NCBI GenBank assembly: GCA_964276515.1
Contig: OZ193910.1
Span: 372,001-436,000, forward strand
Length of the DNA: 64,000 bases
Reading direction: 5' to 3'
From: Gordius albopunctatus
Taxonomy: Eukaryota
Shown piece by piece: positions 1-13,168 of this stretch. Numbering within the stretch: the first letter of the stretch is position 1; the number at the start of each line of letters is the position of its first letter. The notes beneath the pieces are model-generated. The model did not search any database, was not told the DNA's origin, and saw only the letters and a program-made list of their open reading frames with translations. A program made the position numbers and the translations under genes.

Positions 1-3000
1 AACGACAAAATAAATTGAACTTTGTCAGTTGCAGGGATGGTGGTAAAAGCATAAGCAAGCAACTAATCAAATAACGATATTATGACGAGACGGCTAGATT
101 TCTTTGGTTCGCCTTTGATTTTTGACTAATGAATTCAATATTTTTTGCTTCATTTTTCTTAGTCGACTACTAAGCTTAGACGGAAGTTGAAAACAGACCG
201 GGGTAGACCGTTAGTCTGAGTTAAACCACAGTACAGTTCGACCAAACAAAAGTAGGCCCTTTTTAGAACACTAATTATGACTTTAGTTTGCGTATAAAAG
301 TTAAAATTCTATGCGTTGAGAGCATAGAGACTAAATTATATCATTTAAAAGTTTAGAATTCTTATAACCATCCTATTAAGTATTTTTAACATTGATCCTT
401 TATTGAAGTTAAACCTTTCGGTGTATAATAACATCATCGTAATTAATATATATTTTGCAATAGTGTTAAACATAAATAAATTCAATAGCTATTGCATCAG
501 GTTAAAAAATGGTTATATAAAGGTAATTTAACGTATGCCTTTAACAAGTAGACAATTGAAAGTTTTAACAACACTTAGATAATAAATGATTTCACAAATT
601 AAGGTTTAAGATAAAATATTGTTCCTCATGTTTCATAAATTTATAATTTTTGTAATATATTTTAATTCAAAATTACTCTAGTTTTTAATATGTATCAATG
701 AAGGATTAAAACAAAGATAATAAGAGACTATAATCAAATTGTATTTCATTTTTAACAAATACATTTGGGTATTACTTTTTAAGGCATGAATAAAATTTTA
801 TCATGAGATACTTTTTATATTTAAAATTTCTATATTATATTTAAAAATAAATTGTAAGAAAATGAAAAAGTGTTAGTAAATAATATATATAAGTCAGTTT
901 TGATAATTGTGTGAGATAAATACCACCAAAAATGATCTTATAATCAGAATCTATTTTTTTCAGTGGCATAGACAAGTGTTGCGCTAATAAAAATATTCAG
1001 TTACATTGAGATTTGATTTTAGATGAAAACTACTTATTCTAAGACTATTAACAGATAAAATTCCGTCCCCAAAGATATTTTAAAATGAAATGACATTTAA
1101 TTCATAATTATTTTTCTAAAAAACTATTTCAATTTTTAAAATAGAAGGGAAAGATGCTAATACAATTTTAGTAGGTAATAAAGATAAAATTATAATATTA
1201 TATGAGCCTCTAACGTGAATTTTTAAATTTAATTTAGTTTAGACTCCTTGTTTTTTATTGCGAGTTTTAATACTTAAAGAGAATAACATCAGTAGATATT
1301 GATGATGTTTAGATTCAACTAAGAATTAAAAATGCTCATGGTCTGTTTACTATCAGATAATCATGACATAAAGAAAATATGGTTGGCTAGAAAGTAAGCC
1401 GGCGGATGGTTTATAAATGTGCCATATAAGCCTATGTTTAAAAAAATTACGGACCGGGCTAAGAGGAGCGTGAATAGAATTAATAGGCTCCCGCTGGGGC
1501 CTGTGCCTAACTCTAGGCCGGCCCCGGCCAGCAAAATTATTTAAATAAAGTTTTTATTTTTGTATTTTAATGTATAAGAAGATGCTTATAAAATTTTGTT
1601 AATTAATTTTACATTTCTGATTTAACCAATATAAATTTTTCATTTATTCATCGAACTTCGGATTTTTTAATAATGAGCTTTAAATTTTTAATAAGGTTGA
1701 AAATTAATTAAAAATTAATTTTTGTAATATAAATTTAGCCTTTCATAGTGTTTTTAATTATAAGTAATTTTATTGTTTAATATGTTTTAATTTAAATTAA
1801 GTTTTAAAATAATAACGTATAATTTGTCCCTCACATGCACTTGGTTGGCTATTGCCAAATAAAATAATTATAAAATAGGTATCAAATAAGAGATTTTTGC
1901 GATTTGGACTACTCTTTAAATCAACTTTTTATAATAAACGTTAGGTAATCATCCCTTTATGAAACATTCTTTTTTATTATTAGAAGCATGTCTCATATTA
2001 AAGTTAAGTTAAAAGTAAAAAATTAATTAAACTATTATCAGAAGCTGGCTTGAATAACTATTAATAGTTGAATCTATTTTTTGTATGCTACGTTTATTAT
2101 GTGGATGGTAGTCGTAATACAGACAGATGACTTAGATTACCAAATATCTTTATGAAACTGCAAATGAATTTAGACATATTATATATAATTTATCTTAAAT
2201 TATAATAAAAAAATCTAATTTTTAGGGTTTTCAAAAATCCTTTTAGTCTAGAATAATATCAATCCTAAAAGCAATTGGAATTATAAGATCCGTCTAGTCT
2301 TTATAAAAAGAACTCTCTGTAATACCTACTATCTTTTGTGCAATCTCTTATTAGTTACATCTAGGAGTCATTTATAGCAATAGCGTCCTTCATCAGACTT
2401 AGTCTTGTTAAAAGGGCTGGATTTTATTTGGTTGGCCTTTCTTTGGTCTTCATTTTAAATTTTGACCAAGCCTAGAGGTCGTCTAAGAAGCACAAACCCA
2501 AAAACCTTTGGCCTCTTCATGTTTGGAATAAATAACTAAGCCGTTAAACACTAATCCGGATTACTCACAAATTATGATTTTAATTAATTAATATTATATA
2601 ATAATTAAATTAGTTTAAATATAAGGGGTATATAATATTTATAAAAATACGTTTTTATGCTAATCCACAAGTTAAATCATTATTTTTATCGGCTCATCAG
2701 GGCAATTAAAAAGCAAATACTGTTTATAAAATTTTTTATGGAACATCCTATTTTATCTAAATGATAATATATTATGTTTAGATAGAAAACTTAGTTTTAA
2801 ATCAAAATTATAAAGAGTTTACAACTTTAAAGTTCATAGCCATTACGTTAGCTTATAAATTGGGAGGGGGGCAAAATAAAAATTTGTTAGCATTTTTACA
2901 CTTAATAGTGTAACAGTAGTAATGATTTACTATTTCAAATTTGCAAAAATAAATTTCCAGTGAAATTTACAACTCTGAAGCAAAGAGTGAGATGATATAT

Positions 3001-4717
3001 TGCATAAAACACACAATTAAACTATCATTAAAAACAAATATGATATTCTAAAACTTTTAAACATAAAATTTTTCGGATTCCATAATTGTCATTTGACCTT
3101 TTTAATGACAAAGGTCACTGACTTTGCAACAATTTTTAGTGTATTTTAATTGTTTAAAGTGTATATAGTTTGGATAAAATTTCAAATATTTGCCTGGAGT
3201 AATTTAAAAAAAGAGCAATCAAAACAATTTTAACAAATTAAAAAGAAAACTTGTATTTTATGCAATTTTTACTATTAATAAAATGATTTATATAAGAGTG
3301 AATGTAATTTGAAGTAATTTTTCTATTTAATCCGGCGAAATTGACTATCAATATTTCAAAAGATTCAGGTCTACCAAGATTTTATAATCAATAAAAAATT
3401 ATAAAATAATTGAGATAATTATTTCAAAAATATTATATCAAATTTTTTCCAAAAATTTTATCAGTGAAACGAAAGACGAATTATGCATACAATAATATTT
3501 ACCATAGGTGTATGTACATTTGCCTTGGGGTCATAAAAGTTGTAGTAGGGAAAGTCTTTGTTTTTCCATCTTCATAAAAATATGTTTTTCCTCCGAAATA
3601 ATAAATCTAACGCCAGTTATTTATAGCCGATCTTCTATTGTTTTTCTACTTTGTGGTGGCGACATCTACTTCTACAACCTGTCACACACACATCTATATA
3701 TTTCCCACGACTTTAAAACACTGCATACATCCCCCCCCGAGCTTTGTTTCTCCCGTTATTTTAATTTTTACCGTGCTCTATAAACAGAGGTTGGGGGCAA
3801 AAATATCTAGCATTCAATAAAATTCCAAACTTTGACGGAATTTCATGATGATCGTACATTAGTGCTAAAATAATTTTTACAAAAATTTTTATAGAAGAGG
3901 CTATTTAAAAAGAATGGATGAATAGTGCAGCGAATTAGAAAGGATTCAACATTTATCAATTATAATTTTAGAAAGGTGATGATTATAAGAGGAAGAGTAA
4001 TGAAAATAAGGGAGTTGTGTGGTCGAATGTTTAGGGGGGTTAGTCGCTTGACAATATTTATGTCTCATTCTGTGGTGGGTGGTAATACATACATAGGGAC
4101 AAAAAGGCAGGGACGTGTATGCGACAAAATGTAAAGAGAGGTATCCATCATGTTAGTCAACTCTAATACCTTAAGTTTTTATTATTACGTTTAACAACCA
4201 AGTCAGTCCCATTCCTTTGTGCCAATATAATCATGAGCAAAGTGCATCTTGATCCCCTTTTTTATTTCTAATTAAAAAGCCTTTATAAGCTTAAAACAAA
4301 AAGACATCTTGGTTTAATACAAAGATCTAGGGCATTATCATTTAAAACGGGCCAAATATCGGTACATGCGAGCCTGGCGGAAAGAGTAGAGACCTTAAAA
4401 GGGTGATAAAATCACCTTATATTTTTGATTACTATAACCGTAGTGTGTCAAAACTAGGGTTTTCTCAATATTGCAATTATAAGTTGCTGCACCAAAAATG
4501 CTATCAAATAAGTGAACGTGTGTATCGGGGGGGGGGGGGGGGGGCAGAAAGGGGCGCCTGCCCCCTCTAATTCCAATGTTAGCTGCGCTCATTAGTGTGA
4601 GGTTTATATTAGAGGTCTGGATGGGCAAAAAAGTTAGGTTGCGATCCGGCTAATACTATTGTATAATCTTAATAATCCTTAAGACGTCAACATTGCTAAA
4701 CATTGAGCTAGGCGTTT

Positions 4718-4875
4718 AGCATGGGCGGCCAGGATGGAGGCAATAATGATCTAGGGGGAGGGGCAAAATGATAATTTTCAGTAATTTTAGCCATAATTAT
4801 ATTCAATTTATAAGATTTTTGGATTAAAAGGGGGGGGGCAGCCACCCCTCCCTGACCTCCAGGCTACAACCTTGG
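4718..4875. mobile_element. Short hAT-type MITE (CATGGGCG..-ended family; related copies at ~21562-21724 and ~43948-44019)
   Basis: Shares the internal segment GGCAATAATGAT..GGAGGGGCAAAATGA and G/C-run ends with 21562-21724, which ends in ...CTACGCCCATG. Confidence 0.5.
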
Positions 4876-5609
4876 CAATTAGGCTTTAATAGTATAAATG
4901 TCATTTACCTGGTGGTCATTGTTGCTCAAGATGACGAGATTCATCACTTTCAAATCACATAAGGTGTGATAAAAATTTAGATTTAATTCTTAATTTAAAC
5001 TTTAATCTTGTCAAAAAAATTTCTATCTTTGTTTTAAAAACATAAAATTATATAATGTTATGAGTTGATTGACGTTGGCCATAAATAAAAATTTAGCTGA
5101 TCCTTATTAAATTTATCAAAAGTATGTATTTTAGAGAAATGTTATTGTTACAATTATAACTGAATTTTATTATAAATTATTCTCATATGTTTTTATACTA
5201 AATAATCATTATTAAAAATTATCCTCGCAAAGCAAAGTATGAACTGGTCATGATTGAATTTTAGTTTTGATTTTCAAATTTTATACATCAAAATTTAATC
5301 TTAGCCTCAATATGAGGCTAGCGCAAAAATGAATATTACAAAATTGGTGAGGAAAATGATAAATTTTGATACATTTTTAATTTTGTAATTTTTCCCCACT
5401 TAATCACCAGCTCTCTGGCCCTTTTAAAATATCCAACGTCATCCTAACTATCGGTATATGTATGATAGATATCAGAGAAGAGAAAAGCCCGGCCCACGTG
5501 TCAGGCCGAGCATCGGTCGTAAATTAAGATTTTCAAGTAGGCTCGGGCGGGCACCATAACAAGATTCGGGCGATTCAAACTCATTTATATTTTTGAATTA
5601 ATGTATTAT

Positions 5610-6630
5610 TTTTTTAAGGCTATAGAGGTTTATATCCAAATAATTGTGTCATGCTAAAATATATTAAATTAATGAGCTGGCATCGAGCCATGGATTGAGA
5701 TTGTATTAGATTTTACAATTTCCATGCTGATTTTCTGCTTGATCTAAAAGAATTCTTTGAGATCGTGTGTAATGGAGGTTTTTATATTTTGATATTTGTT
5801 TGAAAGAATTGGCTGCCCTCGGGACCTAAATTACCGAAGGTCGTAGCTACTACTGTGACAAAAATGATATTGCTGAGGTATTTGTATTTTTCTACTTTCT
5901 TTCTCTCAGTAAAAGAGATGAGGTCGGGAGAGGTGTTAGATTTGGCAAATATATCCACCTTAATGAAGTCCCAACAAGTGGTTAGGCCACGAGCTCACGG
6001 GATGATTGTTACGCCATCGGGTCTTTTACCGTCGGTAGAGTTTAGGCCTATGGGTTCCTCTGAGTTAGAAAAGCCGGCTTTTTTCCAAAAATTCCCCGAT
6101 TACTTTATTTATTGTGGTATGACGGGGATGTCGCCCCTTGCTGCATTGGCAGTGTAAAAGATGAGGCCGTTTGCTAGACCGGATGTAACCCTAGGTTTTA
6201 ACTTGTTAAGGCCTCACCCATTCGTAACCCCCGGAGGGTCCTAATTGAAGTGAAGATTTCCCAAAAGATTGTCCGAAGAGAGGTAAGCTACGGAACGTGC
6301 TATCAGTGGTAAATCCCATTCCTTTTGGGTGGTTCCATTTGGGTAAGCTGAGGAATCTAGTTTGAGGTCTACCCAGGCCTGAGGGGTGCTGTCGAGGTGC
6401 GGGTCTTGGGTGTGAGTAAGTTGTTCGATTAGCTAATCCATTGATAAACAGGATGAAATCAACCCTGCAAGTGAAATTAAATTGGCGGGGGGGGGGGTCG
6501 GATGCCTATATCATTACCCTTGGAGGGAAGGGTGGCTTGGTGCCATTGGAGAGGGCTAAATTTATTTTAAGGCTTAATTTGTTTTCGTGTATTATTTTGC
6601 CACCTTATTATTTGATTATCCCATATCTGT
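5610..6630 (-). mobile_element. Degenerate 3' fragment of a CRE-like (RLE) non-LTR retrotransposon
   Basis: Minus-strand translation gives DGKRPDGVTIIP*ARGLTTCWDF, AERKKVEKYKYL..FVTVVATTFGNLGPE and IKQKISMEIVKSN, the same PD-(D/E)xK endonuclease motifs as 46747-47913. Boundaries are approximate. Confidence 0.75.
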
Positions 6631-8019
6631 AAAGTCAAGTTATTAACCAAAAAACCGCAAATTAAAATATGTTTTGCACAAAATATAATGCTTCTAATTA
6701 AAAAAATTTATTTAGGGCCGGCAAGATCTAATAATTTAGGCATGACCGGGCCGATACCTAAAATGGTTCGGGCGGGCAACTAAGTTAAAAATGGATCGTG
6801 CAGGGTTCGCGGAGATATTTTTGATAATATAATGAACTTTCCTAAGCAAAATTCCCTCATTATAGATGATAACCCTCTTTAATGACTACTATTAAAAAGC
6901 TAGTATAACACGGGGCTCGTCCTCTTGAACCCCGACCCCAGCCCGTTAAATATAGACCTTTCTATACTTAGAATCTTATGGAAGCAGTTCATTCGCTATG
7001 CTATTTAAGCAGTTATGAAAAAATAGCTTAAATTGAGGCTACGTCAAGCTTATACATGTTGGCTTAATTGAAAATCAGCAAAAAGTGGTTAAAATGCGAG
7101 GCTATTGCCCAAAGGTCGGTTGGCGTTTATAGTTTAGGCTGATGTAAGCAGAATTGTAGTTTGCGCTTATAAGTTAAAAGATTGGCGCTTATAAAAATTT
7201 ATTTTGGGCGCAAAAATAAAAACTGCCATTTGCTTGTTTTAAAGTTTTGCATTATGACCAAAAAATTTTTTAGTACTTTTAATAAAAAGACAACCTGTAG
7301 GGATTTTACAATACATTAAATAATGTTTTATGCATATACTAAATTATTAGGAGTATATTTATATCGTCGATAGTGTTCTTCCTCGTCAAGAGTTAGGTAA
7401 TTAAAAGTGTTTTCTGAAAATTCTATGTACAACGTTTTGATTCTTTCGCATTTCCAAGGGCCTGTTATAACCCTTACCTTCTGGCTGTGTTTTGTAATTC
7501 GAAACGTATTTGTTTCTTTGACATATATTCCCGCGCCAAGTTAAATTTATAGTCCGTCACTTTCAAGGGTGCTGATTCCTTTGATGACATTTTTATTCCT
7601 TTCTCTGCTTTTCGGAGCAACTCTAGCCTGTCGGGGTTCTAGAATTCTGGATTTTCGATAACCCTTTTACGTCGTTAGTCGACTTTTTCTAGCCCACCGC
7701 TTGCTCTATTTCTTAACGCATTCCTAATAGGGTGCGTGACCTTCGGTAGCATCAAAATGACAACAACAAGCTATACACGCTTCAAACAGAAATTTATAGG
7801 TATCAGCCGGGGCACAAAAATAAAATTTGGGATCGGGCGATGTTGGAAATATTAAGCCAATGAAGAAGCAATTTATTTACAGAGTCATAAGATTTCATTA
7901 TATAATAAACCAAAGTTGGACAGGACAGGACGTACAGGACGGGACAGTCAAAAATGAGCGCATAGAAATAAAATTACACTTATTGTATTTAAACAGACCC
8001 CTATATCGCTTTGGCAAAA

Positions 8020-8410
8020 ACAATAATAAAATGAGACCTGATGGACAGACCCTCATCCCATGGGCAAAAGGTCTATGCCTAGCTTGGGACTACACTTGTC
8101 CAGAAAACAAAGACGCCCTTGTTCATTCTGAAAGATTAAAGTCCGCTAAATACGCAGAACTTAATTCCTCACTGCTTTTCTCCCCTATAGTGACCACTAC
8201 CCTTACAACAATAGGTCCTAAAACCCAAGCCCTTCTGAAAGAATTGGGACGCCGTATAGCAGCCAATATCCTTGACAATAGGGAAACCTTTCTCATCAAA
8301 CAGAAAATCGGAATCATTATTTGTCATTTCAACGCTATCGCAATTTTCGAATGTTTACCTTGCATATGATTTTTATAGTTGTTTATAGTTGTAATATTTG
8401 TATTAACGAA
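8020..8410 (+). mobile_element. CRE-like RLE 3' fragment
   Basis: MRPDGQTLIPWAKGLCLAWDYTC..SERLKSAKY..IKQKIGIII, in the 3' part of ORF 7827-8369. Confidence 0.8.
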
Positions 8411-8414
8411 AGAT

Positions 8415-8756
8415 CTTCTTCTTCTTCTTTCTATGACTGCTTGTCACCTAGGCTGGTGGTCCGTCATTTCAGCATTCGTTTCCATTTGTTTCTATGTTTA
8501 CATAGATCTTTCTTTATCTTGTGGACTTTCATATCATGCCGTATTTTATGAATCCAGGTAAGCTTGGGTCTTCCTCTCTTTCGTTTTCCTGCGAAATTTA
8601 TCATCTCGATTTTCTTTCCTACGTAGCTATCGTCCCTTCTTTCGACATGGCCATACCATCTTAGTCTATTTGTTAAGAGCTTTGTCGCAATTGATGTAGT
8701 ACCCAAAATTCTTCTTATTTCTTCATTTCGCCTATGGTCCTTTTTGCTTACCATCG
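8415..8756 (-). mobile_element. 5'-truncated RTE LINE 3' end with (GAA)n tail
   Basis: RLRWYGHVERR..GKRKRGRPKLTW C-terminal motif; TCTTCTTCTTCTTC tail at 8415-8431. Confidence 0.85.
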
Positions 8757-9060
8757 TATTATTATACTGTTATGTTCGGTATTCCTAGTGCATACAATTT
8801 GTATATTGAACATATGACCAATTTTGAATTACATTTAAATTGAGTACGCCACTTCTAGTCAAAAGAAATAATGGACAAAATCCTTATAACCAATCAAAAC
8901 AAATTTGTGCTCGTACGACATAACATATAAATTTCGAAAACCAATTATATTATTGCTTTTATTAGCGTTCATTTCAAATTTTACCAATTCACCTTTTAAT
9001 TTGTAAATTGTGCAATCTCCTCTGTTGGAACATCTATTCTGATTATGCCTGGAAATACCC

Positions 9061-9741
9061 AAATTAGGCAATCTGCTTGCCCAAATATGAATTTACTTGA
9101 TTCATTGTTTATATTGTTATAGCATCATCTTTATATGTTGTTCGTACACCGATACCAAATATGCAATTTCCAAGATTGTCTGAAACCTCTCAAATTAGGC
9201 AATCTGCTTGCCCAAGTATGAATTTACTTGATTAATAGTTTAAATTGTTATAGCATCATCTTTATATGTTGTTGATACACCCATATCAAATGTGCAATTT
9301 CCAAGATTATCTGAAACCTCTCAAATTAAGCAATCTGCTCGCCCAAGTATGAATTTACTTGATTCATTGTTTATATTATTATAGCATCATCTTTATATGT
9401 TGTTCGTACACCCATACCAAATGTGCAATATCCAAGATTGTTTGAACCTCTCAAATTAGGCAATCTGCTTGTCCAAGTATGAATTTTCTTGATTAATAGT
9501 TTAAATTGTTATAGAATCATCTTTATATGTTGTTGGTACACCCATATCAAATGTGCAATTTCCAAGATTGTCTGGAACCTCTCAAATTAGGCAATCTGCT
9601 TGCCCAAGTATGAATTTACTTGATTCATTGTTTATATTATTATAGCATCATCTTTATATGTTGTTTGTACACCCATACCAAATGTGCAATTTCCAAGATT
9701 GTCTGGAACCTCTCAAATTAGTCAATCTGCTTGCCCAAGTA
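9061..9741. repeat. Tandem array of ~5.2 x 131-bp units
   Basis: AAATTA(G/A)GCAATCTGC recurs at 9061, 9192, 9323, 9453, 9584 and 9715. Confidence 0.95.
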
Positions 9742-10063
9742 TATTGATAGTTCATCTATGTTATTATATTTTTCTAGCCTCTTCTTCATCTACCATAAGT
9801 TCTCTTACCTCAAGTGATAAAATAATTATTTTAAATGTTTCATATTAATATTTTAAAAGGTCCTTCAATTGAAGATGCACTAATTTTTGTTGATGCTACC
9901 AATCAGATGGAAACTGTTCATTGTGGTATATATCACATAAATAAGTTTTATTTTATTTTTAGAACAAACTCACATTTATATTCAATCCTAAAAAGGAGGA
10001 TCAATCCTTTATTACTCTTCTTACCTGTATGTTAAGAACAGGAAGATGCCCAAAAAAGTTTAT

Positions 10064-10403
10064 TACAAGTGCTTTTACAATTTGTGTTTTTAATATATTT
10101 TGAACATTTTTTAATAAAAAATCACGTTTGATTTGATTTATTTTAAGGTATATGATGTCAAGAGGTAAAACTCTAAAATAACCAAAATAAAAATGGGGGT
10201 CCAGAAAATCGTTAATAAGTTTTGTAACGTTGATTAGATTCATATCAAAATTTATACCATCAATCTTAAGACCTTTATAAACACATGTTTAAAATTTGAA
10301 AGGTTTACAAAAAACTTTAAAAGTTATAAGATGTTAAAAAATGGGGTCAAATATACCCCACGAATGCTCTCGCGTTCGGGATTTTCAGGAGTGCTCTCGA
10401 GGG
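10064..10403 (-). mobile_element. End of a piggyBac-like non-autonomous element (same family as 45351-45925)
   Basis: Reverse complement reads TTAA|CCCTCGAGAGCACTCCTGAAAATCCCGAACGCGAGAGCATTC, matching 45347 onward over ~330 bp. Confidence 0.75.
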
Positions 10404-10949
10404 TTAAAAGGACCATATTAAACCAAGCTAAATCTAAAACTGCTTATATGATTTTAAATTATAATACTATGGGGTTTCTCACACCCCTTAAGTACTCTTA
10501 AGGGTTTTTAAAATACTAAAAAAAGTTATTTATTAAACTATCTACGAACGTCGGAGAATTATCCCGCGAATATATCGCGAACTAAACAAAATATAAATTA
10601 TCAGGGAGTAAAAATTTTTTTTATATCTTCGTATAGGGGGATCATCATTATTTTTTATTTATTTAGCTTGATTATTTTACTTCTCCGGCAATAAGCAATA
10701 AAAATCGTCTTAACTATATCGTAACTCATCATAAATAGGAGTAAAAATTACGCGTATGTGTTTGGGGGACGTATATATAAGTTATCGCTTAACACACGTA
10801 AGGGGGTGGCACAGGGTTAATAAATACAATTAAAAATTCTTAAAAATTTTGATTATTATCTTGCAACTTATCTTTTATTCAGAATACTTTTTGTGGACCC
10901 ATATTTTGTTTTGTATAATTCACTATTTATTTTTATTGCCCAATATAAT

Positions 10950-11460
10950 GTTAAAAAACTATATAGAATTACATTTTATTATGTGCTTGCACAAACTTAC
11001 GTTTATCCATTTATAATCTAGTTATTAGTATGGCTATAGACGTGTTAAATTGGAAAAATATATGTTGTTAAAATTTATTATATAATTGCATATACTCATT
11101 AATTAATCGCAAAATTAACTTTATTCACTTATAATATAGGTATTAGTATGGCTATAGACTTTATGTTAAATTAGGAAACTATATATTATTACAATTTATT
11201 ATATGCTTGCAGTTGCATATATTGAGTAACTAATCACAAACTTACCTTTATTAATCTATAATATAGGTATTAGTATGGCTACAGACATTTTCATGTTAAT
11301 GCATGGAATATAAGACTATATATTATTACAATGTATTATTTGCTTGCATATATTCATTAACTAATCACTAAGTTACGTTTATCCAGTTATAATATAGGTT
11401 TTAGTATGGCCATAGACGTTTTTATGTTAGCGCATTTATTAGAGAACTATATTGTATTAC
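10950..11460. repeat. Degenerate tandem repeat, ~4 units of ~120-130 bp
   Basis: TTAGTATGGC(T/C)A(T/C)AGAC recurs near 11025, 11143, 11270 and 11401. Confidence 0.8.
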
Positions 11461-11556
11461 AATATATGCTATCCTTTATATATTATGCAATATACTATTG
11501 AGTATTTATTAATTTAAACATATATTTAATATATATAATTATTATAATTTATATTT

Positions 11557-11603
11557 TAACACTACCTACGACGGTCCCAAGTCCGTGTGCAAAAAGTGGA
11601 GGG
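11557..11603 (+). ncRNA. Twister ribozyme core (P1-less) at the RTE 5' end
   Basis: T^AA-CACT(P2)-AC(T2)..ACGG(P4)-TCCCAAGT(L4)-CCGT(P4)..AGTG(P2)-GAGGG; colinear with the canonical rice twister sequence as I recall it. Confidence 0.85.
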
Positions 11604-12826
11604 TTGGCGTCAGGTCGGAAACCGGCTCTAAAAATCAACTCCAAAATTTATGATAGTTTCAAACGAGATTTTACAAGAAAAGGCTAGGGCGTCCTCCACA
11701 AACTACGCGCACTGCATACCCTGCCCGTGCAATGTGAAAAATACACTAGGGTTACTGCCCAACTCACAACGAAGGCGGTTAAGGAAACTAGTTGTGGAAA
11801 GAATGCGAATTACGTGCTGGAATGTGGGAACGTTGACGGGGAAGAGCATCGAGGTCGCACAGATGTTAAAAAGAAGAAAGGTACACATCGCCTGCTTACA
11901 AGAGACGAGGTGGAACGGAACGAAAGCTCGGGAATTAGGAGAAGGATACAAGCTTTTCTACAGTGGGTCACCAAATCGTAGAAACGGGGTCGGTATCGTT
12001 CTAAGCGAATCGTTCAAGGACAAGGTGGTGGAAGTCAAACGTTGTTCCGACAGGCTAATGTGGGTGAAGATTGCGGATCAATGGGGTCTCCTAACCGTTA
12101 TGTGCGCGTATGCTCCCCAAATTGGGTGTTCGGAATCAGAGAAAGACATATTCTTCGAATCATTGGAAAAGGAAATACAAGGAATCCGACAGGAAGAAAG
12201 GCTAATTATTGGGGCCGAGTTCAACGCTCACGTAGGGAAAGATCGCCTCGGGTATGAACGCAATCATGGAGGCTATGGGCATGGTCTGAAGAACAAAGAA
12301 GGGGAAAAACTTCTCCAAGTATCCCAAGCATATGACATGGCGATCGTTAACACCTATTTTCAAAAGCGCGAAGATCATATTGTTACCTATAGAAGTGGGA
12401 AGCATTTTAGTCAAATCGACTATTTGCTTATACGGCGAAAGGACTTATGGAGTATCAAAGATTGCAAAGTAATACCGGGAGAAGAAATCGCCAAGCAACA
12501 TCGTCCCCTTGTTATGGATCTTGACAGAAGAGTATTTCCCGAAAGAAGAAAGGTATATGAACCTCGAATTCGATACGAAAGGCTAAAGGATACGTCGACG
12601 AACGAAGAATACCATCAAAAAGCCTCCTCACTCTTGGGTGCAAGGAAGTTGCAAAGGGACGTAGACGAAGATTGGGAAACGCTATCTAAGGACATTAAGG
12701 AAACAGCGATTCGTGTTCTAGGACAGACCAAAGGAGGCAAAGCTATGAATAGGGAACTATGGTGGTGGGATCAATCGGTTAAAGATTTCATCGAAATAAA
12801 GAAAAATCTATATAGACGGTGGCATA

Positions 12827-13102
12827 TGTAGTGTAGCCGCATTCAAGGTTGCAATTTGAATACACGCGTTTTTCCTATACTTGAGCGCGGTCACAGATAT
12901 TTGAATATACGCTTAGCCATTTGAATATACCTTAGTTTACACCGTACTTTATCTCTTATTTGATTACTACTTTTATATATGTCCTTCGCTATGTGTATAA
13001 AAAGCCTTATCCACCTAATAAAAGAGTCTCTGTTTCTTGATGTAGTCTCTTGGTTTAGAATCTGAGTTTAGCGTTATCTCCCTTGGCCACCACTTCGTTA
13101 CA
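12827..13102 (+). repeat. 5' LTR
   Basis: Direct repeat of 16974-17249 with 3 mismatches counted by eye. Confidence 0.97.
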
Positions 13103-13168
13103 TTTGGCGACGAGGATAAACACTTCTACACCTAATATACTCTGTTATTGTTCTAGTTATCAATTAAG

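Noticed and set aside
9061..9741. CRISPR-like regular repeats
   Set aside because: Whole 131-bp units repeat with no unique spacers, no cas genes are present, and the context is eukaryotic.
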